Part shown: piece by piece, positions 55,606 through 63,819 of the stretch
Numbering within the stretch: the first letter of the stretch is position 1
Layout of the letters: each line of letters starts with the position of its first letter
Origin: a virus
Taxonomy: Duplodnaviria > Heunggongvirae > Uroviricota > Caudoviricetes
IMG/VR virus record: IMGVR_UViG_3300048091_000193
Span: 52,697-116,696 of that record
Length of the DNA: 64,000 nucleotides
Direction: 5' to 3' (one strand)
Notes under the pieces: model-generated
What the model was told of the DNA's origin: nothing
The model's input: only the letters and a program-made list of their open reading frames with translations
Databases searched by the model: none
Translations under genes and position numbers: made by a program

Positions 55606-56307
55606 ATGGATACGAATATCGAAGTGATTGAGGGTGAAATCATGAGCGCAACCGACACCCTTCTCGATGATCTCGACCTCGAAATCATCGTCGGCGAGGA
55701 AGCCAGCGATGCCGAAGTGATCGCAGCGATGACGTCGGAAGACGAAGCCGCGATCGACATTCTGGTCGAGACCGATGCCGCCCACACCGCAGCTGCCGCC
55801 GACAGCGTCATTGACGTTGCGACGACTGCGCCGGTGACCGCGAAGCCCAAGAAGGAGCGCAAGGCCGCTGCTGCGAAGGCTCCGAAAGCCGAGCGCGACC
55901 CCGCCAACCTGCCCGCCGAGATGTTTGTTCTCGACACCAGCGCGGTGCCGGCCGATCTCGACGCGAACAAGGCCCACGTTCTGACCCTTTGCCCGCAGCA
56001 GAAGAAGATCGCCGAGAAGTTCGACAACCTGTTCACGGCGATCGCAGCGGGCAAAAAGCCGAGCGTCTACACGATGGTATGTTTCGACGTGCTGTCGGCG
56101 AAGGGCAGCGCCACCTCTATCGAGCTGATCGCGGCGCTCAAGGCGACGGCATCGCGTAGCGGCGGCGCTTACAACGATGGCACCGCTCGCTCGCAGGTCG
56201 GTCAGATGATGGCGCTGTTCCACGCCGTCGGCATCGCGACGCGCTCGGGCAACACGCTGACGTTCAACGCTACCTCGAAGATCGCGGAGCGTCTCAAGGC
56301 TCTGTGA
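55606..56307 (+). CDS. Hypothetical acidic protein
   Basis: Start at first ATG after the class III element (ORF-track entry begins earlier at 55519). Confidence 0.45.
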   Translation: MDTNIEVIEGEIMSATDTLLDDLDLEIIVGEEASDAEVIAAMTSEDEAAIDILVETDAAHTAAAADSVIDVATTAPVTAKPKKERKAAAAKAPKAERDPANLPAEMFVLDTSAVPADLDANKAHVLTLCPQQKKIAEKFDNLFTAIAAGKKPSVYTMVCFDVLSAKGSATSIELIAALKATASRSGGAYNDGTARSQVGQMMALFHAVGIATRSGNTLTFNATSKIAERLKAL

Positions 56308-56607
56308 TTGATGCTGATCGGAGGGCGGCGGATCCCGTGCGCCCTCCTGCTCAGTGTTTCGTTGGGAGGCGACATGATGGGTGCCCGTCATGCTCGGCAC
56401 CGAGATACGGCCGATTGGTTTTCCAGATGGCCCTATCGCCTCCTTACCAAACACTGATCCACGTGAGCTGCGGCTGGGGAACTAGTCGTTGATGTTGCCG
56501 CGGCCCGACAGACAACGGGAAGTGACCTGCTCGTTCCCCGCTGCCGCAAGGCAGTCACTAAGGGTTCAAGGTCACACGGCCGCTGGAATTCTTTTGAAAC
56601 GGAGACG

Positions 56608-56811
56608 TTGAAGATGCCTGGTGCGGAGATTTTCGAACAACTGACAAAGGCGCGGGGCTACCTGCTCTATTTGTCCGCGCTCCTTGCGGCCGCTCGGAAG
56701 CGGCGCAGCAAATGGGCGCGCTTTTACGAGGAAGAAGTCTGCAAGCAGCTGGACGTGGTCTGGGAGCTCCAGCTCGACCACAAGGCCGCAATTCGCGCGT
56801 TCCGGTGCTGA
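56608..56811 (+). CDS. Small hypothetical protein (67 aa)
   Basis: GGAGA RBS; helical. Confidence 0.35.
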   Translation: MKMPGAEIFEQLTKARGYLLYLSALLAAARKRRSKWARFYEEEVCKQLDVVWELQLDHKAAIRAFRC

Positions 56812-56813
56812 TC

Positions 56814-57035
56814 ATGGCCGAAACCCGTCAGACCGACACCCGCGACATTGGTCTCGCGATCCGCGACTTCATGCAGGGTTTCGCCATCTCTCAGTTTCAC
56901 GAGATCGACGGCGAGCTCCAGGAGGTCGATTCCGCTGACAAGATCGACTTTGTCGATGTCAGCGATCCGCATAACCCCGTGCTGCACATGGAAAGCGGCA
57001 TTCAATTCACCGTTCGTGTTGTGAGGACTGGCTAA
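56814..57035 (+). CDS. Small hypothetical protein (73 aa)
   Basis: ATGA-coupled. Confidence 0.35.
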   Translation: MAETRQTDTRDIGLAIRDFMQGFAISQFHEIDGELQEVDSADKIDFVDVSDPHNPVLHMESGIQFTVRVVRTG

Positions 57036-57232
57036 TGGTTGATGTGAAGAAGGGCGACCGCGTTCGCCTGCTCGAAATGGGCAAAGACCCCTGCCCCGTC
57101 GCTCGCGGCACCAAGGGGACCGTCTCGTGTGACCCCCTCACCTTCCAGGGTCGCGACCAGATCCCGGTGAAATGGGATGACGGCCGCACGCTGGCGATGG
57201 TCTGCCCGCCGGATCGCTGGGAGCGCGTCTGA
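57035..57232 (+). CDS. Small hypothetical protein (65 aa)
   Basis: ATGA-coupled; beta-rich composition. Confidence 0.35.
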   Translation: MVDVKKGDRVRLLEMGKDPCPVARGTKGTVSCDPLTFQGRDQIPVKWDDGRTLAMVCPPDRWERV

Positions 57233-57486
57233 TGGGCGAGATTTCAGACTATCGCCGCGGTTTTGAGGCTGGGCAACGCAAGGCTTGGGCTCAGCAACGC
57301 AAGGAGAACGGCCGCATCATGATCGAGGAGCACTTTACCCTGGTAAAGAGTGACAATCGATCCGCCGGCGGCTCGCAGAACCATTACATCGCCGATGACT
57401 TTGATTTTTCCATCAACATGATCTCGATGAACAAGATCGAGGGTAAAAAGCCGCCGAAGCGGATCACAGTGCAGGTGTTCCGATGA
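57232..57486 (+). CDS. Small hypothetical protein (84 aa)
   Basis: ATGA-coupled. Confidence 0.35.
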   Translation: MGEISDYRRGFEAGQRKAWAQQRKENGRIMIEEHFTLVKSDNRSAGGSQNHYIADDFDFSINMISMNKIEGKKPPKRITVQVFR

Positions 57487-57734
57487 GCCGCACCTTCCTT
57501 TCACCGACCGGCGCCAGGATCAAAGGCACCGTTGAAAGCCTGCCGGCCTGCGCACCGATCTCCGATATCGACGAACACGGTATCCCGATCCATTCCGGCG
57601 CCGACGCCGAGCTGTTCTGGGACGCCATGCAGACCCAAGTCGACTCCTCGACCGACAAAGTTCTCTACATGGACGAGAACGGCGAGGAATGGACGTTCGA
57701 CAAGCTGACGGTGGCGCCGGAGGATGACCAATGA
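57483..57734 (+). CDS. Small hypothetical protein (83 aa)
   Basis: ATGA-coupled. Confidence 0.35.
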   Translation: MSRTFLSPTGARIKGTVESLPACAPISDIDEHGIPIHSGADAELFWDAMQTQVDSSTDKVLYMDENGEEWTFDKLTVAPEDDQ

Positions 57735-57886
57735 CGTCGATCGAGGAAATCAAGAAGTGGCTCGATGCTCTCCTGCCCGGTAGCCAGGTCGCCATCCACG
57801 ACGACGGCTTGCAGCTGATCGAGGTTCATGACGGTCACCCCACGGGCGCCTGGCTCGAGATCGGCGGAGTGCCCGATGAAGATTGA
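57731..57886 (+). CDS. Small hypothetical protein (51 aa)
   Basis: ATGA-coupled; below ORF-track cut-off. Confidence 0.3.
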   Translation: MTSIEEIKKWLDALLPGSQVAIHDDGLQLIEVHDGHPTGAWLEIGGVPDED

Positions 57887-58127
57887 TCGGGACCCCCTCA
57901 TTACGGTGACTGCCGCCCTCGCCGCGGCCATTTCGCTCCTTGAGCGCACGCCGAAGACCAAGAAGGCCGCTGCCTCGGACAAGATGTTCGACCAGATGCT
58001 TCAGGATTACCGCAAGGCGCTCGAAATCGGTCGCGAGGCGCTGAAAGCGCCCAAGGCTCGAGACCCGCGGAACCTGTGCTCGCCGGCCTGCGCTGACGGC
58101 GGCATCGGCTGTCAGTGTGAACCATGA
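57876..58127 (+). CDS. Small hypothetical protein (83 aa)
   Basis: Internal ATG of ORF-track entry 57828..58127. Confidence 0.35.
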   Translation: MKIDRDPLITVTAALAAAISLLERTPKTKKAAASDKMFDQMLQDYRKALEIGREALKAPKARDPRNLCSPACADGGIGCQCEP

Positions 58128-58248
58128 AAATGGCCATCCATCACCTCGACGGCGTGAAGCGCCGGCCGGACCCGTTGATCACCTGCCCGAAGTGCGGCCC
58201 CGTTTCACGTGAAACGATTTCGCCTATTAGCGAAGACGCTAAATAGCG

Positions 58249-58476
58249 ATGCCGCTACGGCGCGAAAGGACGATCATGCGAAATAGCGAAATGACGTTCG
58301 AGGAGAAGCTGACGCTTTACCTCCTGGCCGACCGTGACCAGCAAGACGATGACACCAAGGCCGACCGGGTCCTAATCAACACGGGTCTGGCGGAGCGCTA
58401 CGACCCAGGCATGATGCGGATCACGCCCGCCGGCACTGCGGCGCTCATGGCCTTTCGCCACGAAATCGCTAAATAA
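58249..58476 (+). CDS. Small putative winged-helix DNA-binding protein (paralogue 1)
   Basis: LTLYLLADRD...VLINTGLAERYDPGMMRITPAGTAALMAF is similar by eye to LHALALLTIDLG...LIFLGMIEKSSNGFALTQRGREIVQSL of the next gene; start codon abuts a class II site. Confidence 0.4.
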   Translation: MPLRRERTIMRNSEMTFEEKLTLYLLADRDQQDDDTKADRVLINTGLAERYDPGMMRITPAGTAALMAFRHEIAK

Positions 58477-58490
58477 CGAAAGGGCGAAAT

Positions 58491-58706
58491 ATGGTCACCA
58501 TCACCGATGCGGTGCGCGGCACCCACGTAATGACCCATCTCCATGCACTGGCCCTCCTGACGATCGATCTCGGCTATCCCTACATTCGGGAAAAAGACGC
58601 TTTAGCCCTGATTTTCCTCGGAATGATCGAAAAATCGAGCAACGGGTTCGCTCTGACACAGCGCGGGCGCGAAATCGTGCAATCGCTAAAGAGCGATGAC
58701 GCTTAA
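58491..58706 (+). CDS. Small putative winged-helix DNA-binding protein (paralogue 2)
   Basis: Tandem paralogue of 58249..58476; a class II site (58682-58697) lies in its 3' coding end. Confidence 0.4.
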   Translation: MVTITDAVRGTHVMTHLHALALLTIDLGYPYIREKDALALIFLGMIEKSSNGFALTQRGREIVQSLKSDDA

Positions 58707-58980
58707 AAACGATCTGGGGCGCGCAGCGCGCGTCACTCGTGCATTCGCTCTTTAACGATAGAGCGATGCAGCTATTTAGCGAAAGCGCGTCAGTGACGTT
58801 CTAAAGCGATCCCGTTAAATCGCTAATTCGTCTTTTCGCTTGTCGACCGCCCGGACGCAGGTCTAGTTTTAGCGAATGACAGGGAATGCGATATCGCTTG
58901 AAATGTATTTCGCTAAATCGCGGCGACTGCGGCTCGAATTGTCAAATCGGCCATTCGTTGACGGCCTGCCGATCAGCACC

Positions 58981-59634
58981 TCAACCCGCAAAGTCTGCAT
59001 CTATCAGCGATCGCGGCGCGGCCAGTCCGGCGTGATCGACATTGAATTTGCTCACATTTTGGCCATCTGGGAGCTCAATCGCGGAATCTGCATTTGGCGA
59101 AAGGGCGATATCGTTAAATAGCGATTGAGCGACAAGAGCCTTGGCGAGTTGAACCAAGATGTCGTGACCCCAATCCCCCTTGGCCATATTGTAGCACCAT
59201 ACCACCACCTGACAGTTCGCTTTCGTATAGCCTATCCCAGGCTCGCGTTGGTCCAGGGATGGCACGAAGGGGCTATTTGGCTCGAAAACAAACGACATAT
59301 TGGTCACCGAGCACGTTCCGCGGGCCAATTTCTGCTCGATCCAACCCTGGTCAAGATCAAATGGAACGTTGATGATAGCGGCTCTCTTGCGCGCGCTGTT
59401 CCACAGCCTCGACGCCCAAGCGCTCCGATCGACCCGAAGACGCTCCAAGGATCGCTCAACCGCCCTCTCGTAATATCGGCGCTTCCGGTCTGCCGGCGAG
59501 AGATCCAAGAAACTGCGCTTCGACCGAGTATCCCGACATTGCCGACACCTGTCGAAAAGCCGGCCAGTCGGCGCAAGATCGTATTGATCGCTAGGCTTAG
59601 ATTTGGCGCAGGACCGACAGACTTTAATTCGCAT
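58981..59634 (-). CDS. HNH homing endonuclease
   Basis: Cys-rich N-terminus (CRSCAKSK...CRQC) and HNH motif YTKANCQVVVWCYNMAKGDW. Confidence 0.6.
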   Translation of the reverse strand: MRIKVCRSCAKSKPSDQYDLAPTGRLFDRCRQCRDTRSKRSFLDLSPADRKRRYYERAVERSLERLRVDRSAWASRLWNSARKRAAIINVPFDLDQGWIEQKLARGTCSVTNMSFVFEPNSPFVPSLDQREPGIGYTKANCQVVVWCYNMAKGDWGHDILVQLAKALVAQSLFNDIALSPNADSAIELPDGQNVSKFNVDHAGLAAPRSLIDADFAG

Positions 59635-59754
59635 AATCGTTATATAGCTAAATCGCTAAAGAACGACGACGAAAAGATTTCGCCTAATAACGAAAAAGCG
59701 AGATCGCTATAGAACGATCCCGCTCTTTAGTGACATCGCTAAATCGCGAAGTCG

Positions 59755-60450
59755 TTATGCGGCAAGGCTAACTGGACCCGTTGGGTTCGGCACGGTCAAC
59801 GATCGGGCGCCGGTCGGCGGGGCAGGGGGCTTTGGCTCGCTCAGGTATCGACGCAGCCGCAGGGAGTTCCGGATCGCCCAAGGCATCACCAGCGCCGTGG
59901 TCAGATAGAACGCGGCACAGATCGCCTCGATCTTGTCGGGAAGCGTTAAGCTCCAAGTTGGGAAGACATCGAGCAGGTTGTGAAAGATGGGCGACAGAAC
60001 CGCCAGCAACAGGGCAGGGCGGGTGCCGAAGACCATCGCCGCGCCCATGACGCCGAAGGCATAGAACAGAGCTCCGCCGTGAGGCACGAAGACGGATAAA
60101 ATAGTGGAGAGGGGAACGGTAACCAGAAGCGTCGCCAGAGTATAGAACAGGGCGGCGTTATTGGTCGGCACCGGCGGATCAGTCTCCGACGGGTAGGTTT
60201 CCAGGTCCTGACCGGCAATCGGGTAAACGTTGCTGGAGTAGCCATCCTGGGCCGATTCAGGCCAGGCGTCGGCGCCAAACATCAGGACTTCGCCGGCGAC
60301 ATCGTCGAGTGCCGCGCTCATCTGGCACAGGGCCAGGTGGTCGAAGGATTCGAGACCAATGTTCTTTGCGAATTGGGCTGCCGTTGAGACGAAAAGCTCC
60401 GAGAGGTCATGCTTCATGCCCTCGAAATCAGACGCCGAGTGGAACGACAT
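59755..60450 (-). CDS. Hypothetical membrane protein (acidic N-terminal domain, 4-5 TM helices)
   Basis: Protein-like composition unlike shadow ORFs; hydrophobic helices LATLLVTVPLSTILSVFV, ALFYAFGVMGAAMVF, ICAAFYLTTALVMPWAI; no competing + strand gene. Confidence 0.45.
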   Translation of the reverse strand: MSFHSASDFEGMKHDLSELFVSTAAQFAKNIGLESFDHLALCQMSAALDDVAGEVLMFGADAWPESAQDGYSSNVYPIAGQDLETYPSETDPPVPTNNAALFYTLATLLVTVPLSTILSVFVPHGGALFYAFGVMGAAMVFGTRPALLLAVLSPIFHNLLDVFPTWSLTLPDKIEAICAAFYLTTALVMPWAIRNSLRLRRYLSEPKPPAPPTGARSLTVPNPTGPVSLAA

Positions 60451-60771
60451 AATAGTGGTTTCCTTTGCTGCTGACCGTCAACCACGACGGAGACTACCTA
60501 CGTTGAGGTGGTCACAGGTTCTCTTTCTGTTCTCTTGTCGTCAAGTAGGAAACATATCCGAATTGGGATTTATTTTCCGGCGGTCGGTGACGATTTAGCG
60601 AAATCGTGCTATCGTTCTTTCAGGCCGACCCTATTGCCTTACAACCCGCCCAAATGTTGCGCAACGTGGAACTGTGTCAGAATTGACTTATTTCCAAGGC
60701 ATCCGGCATTCGGGCAACAGTTTGTTCATCCTTTTCTGTTCATCGGCGATTGATACTTGAAGGAATACCCA

Positions 60772-60981
60772 ATGAAATCAAAGAACGTGGACTTTACTAA
60801 CCTTAACGAGCGACAACCGACGCGATGGCGCCCCGATCCGCACCGACGCGGTCGCATCATCGCCAGCAAGAAGCTCTACAAACGAAAGCCTCGCACAAAA
60901 CGTGACGAGGCTTTCGACTTTAGTGGGGTGGCGTTATCATCTTTGCCTACTGCGAACCTGCGTCTGATCGCTATATTCTAG
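60772..60981 (+). CDS. Small basic hypothetical protein
   Basis: AAGGAA RBS 6 nt before ATG 60772. Confidence 0.3.
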   Translation: MKSKNVDFTNLNERQPTRWRPDPHRRGRIIASKKLYKRKPRTKRDEAFDFSGVALSSLPTANLRLIAIF

Positions 60982-60984
60982 TCA
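60972..60984 (+). promoter_or_regulatory. -10 TATATT (60972-60977) with half operator TAGTCA; conserved 5' UTR gcgcacagcacaaagga
   Basis: Read from sequence; UTR resembles those at 8056-8106 and 17862-17899. Confidence 0.35.
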
Positions 60985-61016
60985 CTCAACAACGCGCACA
61001 GCACAAAGGATACCGA

Positions 61017-61301
61017 GTGATTACACTGCCAAGCCTTCTGACCCTGGAGAACGTCACTGCCGCACCAATCGAAGCGGGTGACGCCGGCATCATCCTGAAA
61101 GCCGACGGGTCTTTTCGTGTCTTCAACTGCCACGAGGGGCTTAATCCTGACAACGTGACCGAGGCCCAGAAAGACCAGGCCCGTAAAATGATGGCGTTTG
61201 CTGTCGCACTGCAGGTGCCGGCCGTCATGGAGATCCTTTACGATTTCGCCCGCAACCCGGACATCGTCGGTTCGCTGTTTGATCGAGGTCAGTTCAATTG
61301 A
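61017..61301 (+). CDS. Hypothetical protein (94 aa), GTG start
   Basis: AAAGGA RBS 6 nt before GTG. Confidence 0.4.
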   Translation: MITLPSLLTLENVTAAPIEAGDAGIILKADGSFRVFNCHEGLNPDNVTEAQKDQARKMMAFAVALQVPAVMEILYDFARNPDIVGSLFDRGQFN

Positions 61302-61669
61302 CCGGGCACCGCAGCCGATATCGCGAGCTGGAGGCTGTGGTCGAAGCTCTGATGGAGCTGGACCACACCGATGCCGGCCTCGCCGAGAAGGTGATGCGGA
61401 TCAAACGTAAGGGTCGCAAGGCGCTCGACTTCAAGGAGGCGCCGCGCAGCCCGACTATCGATCTGGCGCGCAAGCTTGGCACGGAAGCGAACGTTGCCCG
61501 TGCGAATATCTTCCGTGCCAAGCTTGCGCCGGTCGTCGCTGAGATCCAGGCGGCCGGCATAAAGGGTTACGGCGAGATTGCCGCGGAGCTCAATAAACGC
61601 GGCTTCACTGCGCCCCGCGGCAATCCCTGGTCCAAGGGAACCGTTGGTCGGTTTATCAATGGGAACTGA
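61298..61669 (+). CDS. Small protein with resolvase/recombinase-type HTH motif
   Basis: IAAELNKRGFTAPRGNPWSKGTVGRFI resembles the recombinase-domain HTH (IA..LN..G..tprGg.W....V..iL). Confidence 0.4.
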   Translation: MTGHRSRYRELEAVVEALMELDHTDAGLAEKVMRIKRKGRKALDFKEAPRSPTIDLARKLGTEANVARANIFRAKLAPVVAEIQAAGIKGYGEIAAELNKRGFTAPRGNPWSKGTVGRFINGN

Positions 61670-61738
61670 CTCTTTCCGCTCGACAACCGTTTTTTGCTTT
61701 GCTAGTGCAATTCAGCACTGACTTACATAGAGGACAAG

Positions 61739-62056
61739 ATGACCGCATTCAGCTTTTTCAAGATGTTCGCCCGCAAGCCGGCTCTGGCGATCCCGGAGAA
61801 TGATTTGGTTCATATCGACCTCGCGGAACAGCTGGAACTCGCCGAGATTGCCAATTCCGGCCTCGAGGCGGCCCTCCGGGTCGAAAGTTCCGAGAGCGAC
61901 AAGCTGGCGGCGAAGCTGCGCGCGGCCGAGGATGCGGTGCTCTACCTGAATGACCATGTGCCGGCCGACGCCAAGCTCGACCCGTCGCTGTCGATCACCG
62001 AATCGATCTCGGAGATCATCAAGCGCCGCACGCAGAAGGGCAAAGGTTTCGCATGA
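61739..62056 (+). CDS. Hypothetical protein (105 aa)
   Basis: Preceded by half operator TCAGCACTGACT (61712-61723) and AGAGGA RBS. Confidence 0.4.
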   Translation: MTAFSFFKMFARKPALAIPENDLVHIDLAEQLELAEIANSGLEAALRVESSESDKLAAKLRAAEDAVLYLNDHVPADAKLDPSLSITESISEIIKRRTQKGKGFA

Positions 62057-62295
62057 AGGAGGACGATGCGGCGCTTGTGGCGACAATGACCCTGTTCCGC
62101 GCCTTGCGGCGGGAATGGGTCGGTCGCAACCCGACCAGGAACGGCGACGAATGTCCCATTCCCGAGGTCGCCGCGATGCGCCCCATCGACCGACAGATAT
62201 TCGTCCGAGCCATGAAGTCCGCGATCGCCTCGGCCAAGCCCGAGAATGTCGCACGGGTCATGGAGGGCCTGTCACGGCCCGCGGATATTTACTAA
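62053..62295 (+). CDS. Hypothetical protein (80 aa)
   Basis: ATGA-coupled. Confidence 0.35.
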   Translation: MKEDDAALVATMTLFRALRREWVGRNPTRNGDECPIPEVAAMRPIDRQIFVRAMKSAIASAKPENVARVMEGLSRPADIY

Positions 62296-62308
62296 CGCCT
62301 TGAATGGT

Positions 62309-62324
62309 AAGTCAGTTTTGACTT
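62309..62324 (+). promoter_or_regulatory. Class I operator AAGTCA-gttt-TGACTT
   Basis: Read from sequence; 70 nt upstream of ATG 62395. Confidence 0.45.
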
Positions 62325-62394
62325 GCCTTACTATTCCAGCCGCAATCCGTAACGCGTCGTGAGACTGTGAGAAATCGCAACACGAGAGGCGCAT

Positions 62395-62706
62395 ATGACG
62401 AACGAAGTCGAAAAGAAGATCGTGGATATGCTGGTGATCCGTGCGATCGCCGAGGGCTACACGATCGAGGTCAATGACGGCGCAGAGACCGCGCTGCTGC
62501 CGTCGCAGAATTGCGATGACGTTCTCAACGCCATGTTCTCGACGGGCATCGACATGCTCGTTCTTCGCCGCGCTGGCGCCGTCGGCATCGTGGGCTCTGT
62601 GGTGCTGATCCACGGCAACGACGAGGACATTATCTCCGATCACTCCGACCGCGCCGAGATCACCAAGCTGGTCGCGGAAGCAATGGGGCTCGCCGGTCAT
62701 GCCTAA
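62395..62706 (+). CDS. Hypothetical protein (103 aa)
   Basis: GAGAGG RBS. Confidence 0.4.
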   Translation: MTNEVEKKIVDMLVIRAIAEGYTIEVNDGAETALLPSQNCDDVLNAMFSTGIDMLVLRRAGAVGIVGSVVLIHGNDEDIISDHSDRAEITKLVAEAMGLAGHA

Positions 62707-62932
62707 TCAGGTCTGGGTTCTCCGCATCGACCATCGGCACGGCACCAATGTTGAGGTTTTCGGCAACAAGCCGCGCGCCGAGCGCGGCCTGATCGAATAC
62801 GTCGACCACTGGTGGGACCATGAAATGAGCAGCATCGAGCGGCCCGCCGACGACCAGGCGGCCGTCGATTTGTATTTCACCGAGGTTAGGGACGAGACCT
62901 ACGATCTCGAGGCGCATGAGGTGGTCAAGTGA
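62699..62932 (+). CDS. Hypothetical protein (77 aa)
   Basis: Overlap-coupled. Confidence 0.35.
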   Translation: MPNQVWVLRIDHRHGTNVEVFGNKPRAERGLIEYVDHWWDHEMSSIERPADDQAAVDLYFTEVRDETYDLEAHEVVK

Positions 62933-63108
62933 GCCGCAAACTCAAGATGGTCTGCGCGGTCTGCGATAGCGACGCGGTCGTTTGCGACGCCTTCGCCACC
63001 TGGGACGTCGAGACCCAGACCCATGTGATCCAAAACACCTTCGAGAAGGGTGGATACTGCGAAACCTGCGACCGTGAAACCAAGGTCAAATACGAGGCCC
63101 TGTCGTGA
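62929..63108 (+). CDS. Small zinc-ribbon protein (CAVC...CETC)
   Basis: GTGA-coupled; 59 aa; below ORF-track cut-off. Confidence 0.3.
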   Translation: MSRKLKMVCAVCDSDAVVCDAFATWDVETQTHVIQNTFEKGGYCETCDRETKVKYEALS

Positions 63109-63278
63109 AATCGTATCGTGAATACCAGTTTCCGAACGCCAAGATCCGCATCTACGCCGATCGCAGCTGCCGCGAATTCCCGATGTGGTGTCTCCAAATC
63201 AACGTCGAGCGCTCGCGCGCCTACGTCGCCGAAGCCCTACGCGCCCTTCGCGCGTTCAACCGAGGAGAAACGCCGTGA
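63105..63278 (+). CDS. Small hypothetical protein (57 aa)
   Basis: GTGA-coupled. Confidence 0.3.
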   Translation: MKSYREYQFPNAKIRIYADRSCREFPMWCLQINVERSRAYVAEALRALRAFNRGETP

Positions 63279-63514
63279 ATCAGCCAAGTGAAAAAGCCCT
63301 GCGGCTCGCCGCGGCCGAGAACGACGTCGATAAGGCGGTGAAGTCCATTCAGGACATCGCCGACATCACCACGGGTGACATCGCCGGCCAGTTCTTCGAT
63401 CCCGTCAGTTGGGCTCAGCTCGGCTACGCCGCACGCTATTGGCTGCTCTCGGAATGGCTCAAGGCCGAGGCCGCCTACAATTTCGCATCAGCCCTTGAAG
63501 GAAAAGCAGCGTGA
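63275..63514 (+). CDS. Hypothetical protein (79 aa)
   Basis: GAGGAG RBS before GTG 63275. Confidence 0.4.
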   Translation: MNQPSEKALRLAAAENDVDKAVKSIQDIADITTGDIAGQFFDPVSWAQLGYAARYWLLSEWLKAEAAYNFASALEGKAA

Positions 63515-63819
63515 ACAACAATACCCGCGCCATGATTGAGGCAGTGGCGATCCTCAATTGCACCGATCAGCCAGCCATCGTCGAAGGGATCTGGCTGCGC
63601 CAGGCCAACGGCGAGTCCACCTTCGTCAAGACGGTCATCGTGGACACCACCATGGTCTATGCGCGCGTCGACCGCACCGACGGCTGGCTGATGATGCCGC
63701 TCGATCAGTGGGTCGGCGTGGAGTTCGAACTCAAGAAGGGATCTCTGGCGAACGGCAAGACGCTGCCTGAGCTCCTCGAGGCCGTGAAGGAGCAGAACAG
63801 GAAGAAGAAAGCTGCCTGA
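63511..63819 (+). CDS. Hypothetical protein (102 aa)
   Basis: GTGA-coupled. Confidence 0.4.
   Translation: MNNNTRAMIEAVAILNCTDQPAIVEGIWLRQANGESTFVKTVIVDTTMVYARVDRTDGWLMMPLDQWVGVEFELKKGSLANGKTLPELLEAVKEQNRKKKAA

Larger units (their letters stand above)
58201..60606. repeat. Cluster of at least 13 class II palindromic sites (consensus ATCGCTAAATAGCGAT and variants) plus 16-bp perfect palindrome CGTTTCACGTGAAACG at 58201-58216
   Basis: Hand-read sites at 58237-58248, 58279-58293, 58465-58479, 58682-58697, 58745-58766, 58771-58787, 58816-58827, 58888-58897, 58908-58922, 59110-59125, 59652-59666, 59702-59719, 59735-59749, 60591-60606. Some lie inside coding sequence. Confidence 0.6.

Noticed and set aside
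58876-59121. 81-aa + strand ORF overlapping the HNH gene
   Set aside because: Lies antisense within the HNH coding region and in the class II repeat cluster; the HNH reading frame has the conserved catalytic motif.
58201-60606. Possibility that the dense palindromic repeats are a CRISPR array
   Set aside because: Repeats are short imperfect palindromes at irregular spacing with no uniform repeat-spacer periodicity, and they overlap gene starts and ends; no cas genes.
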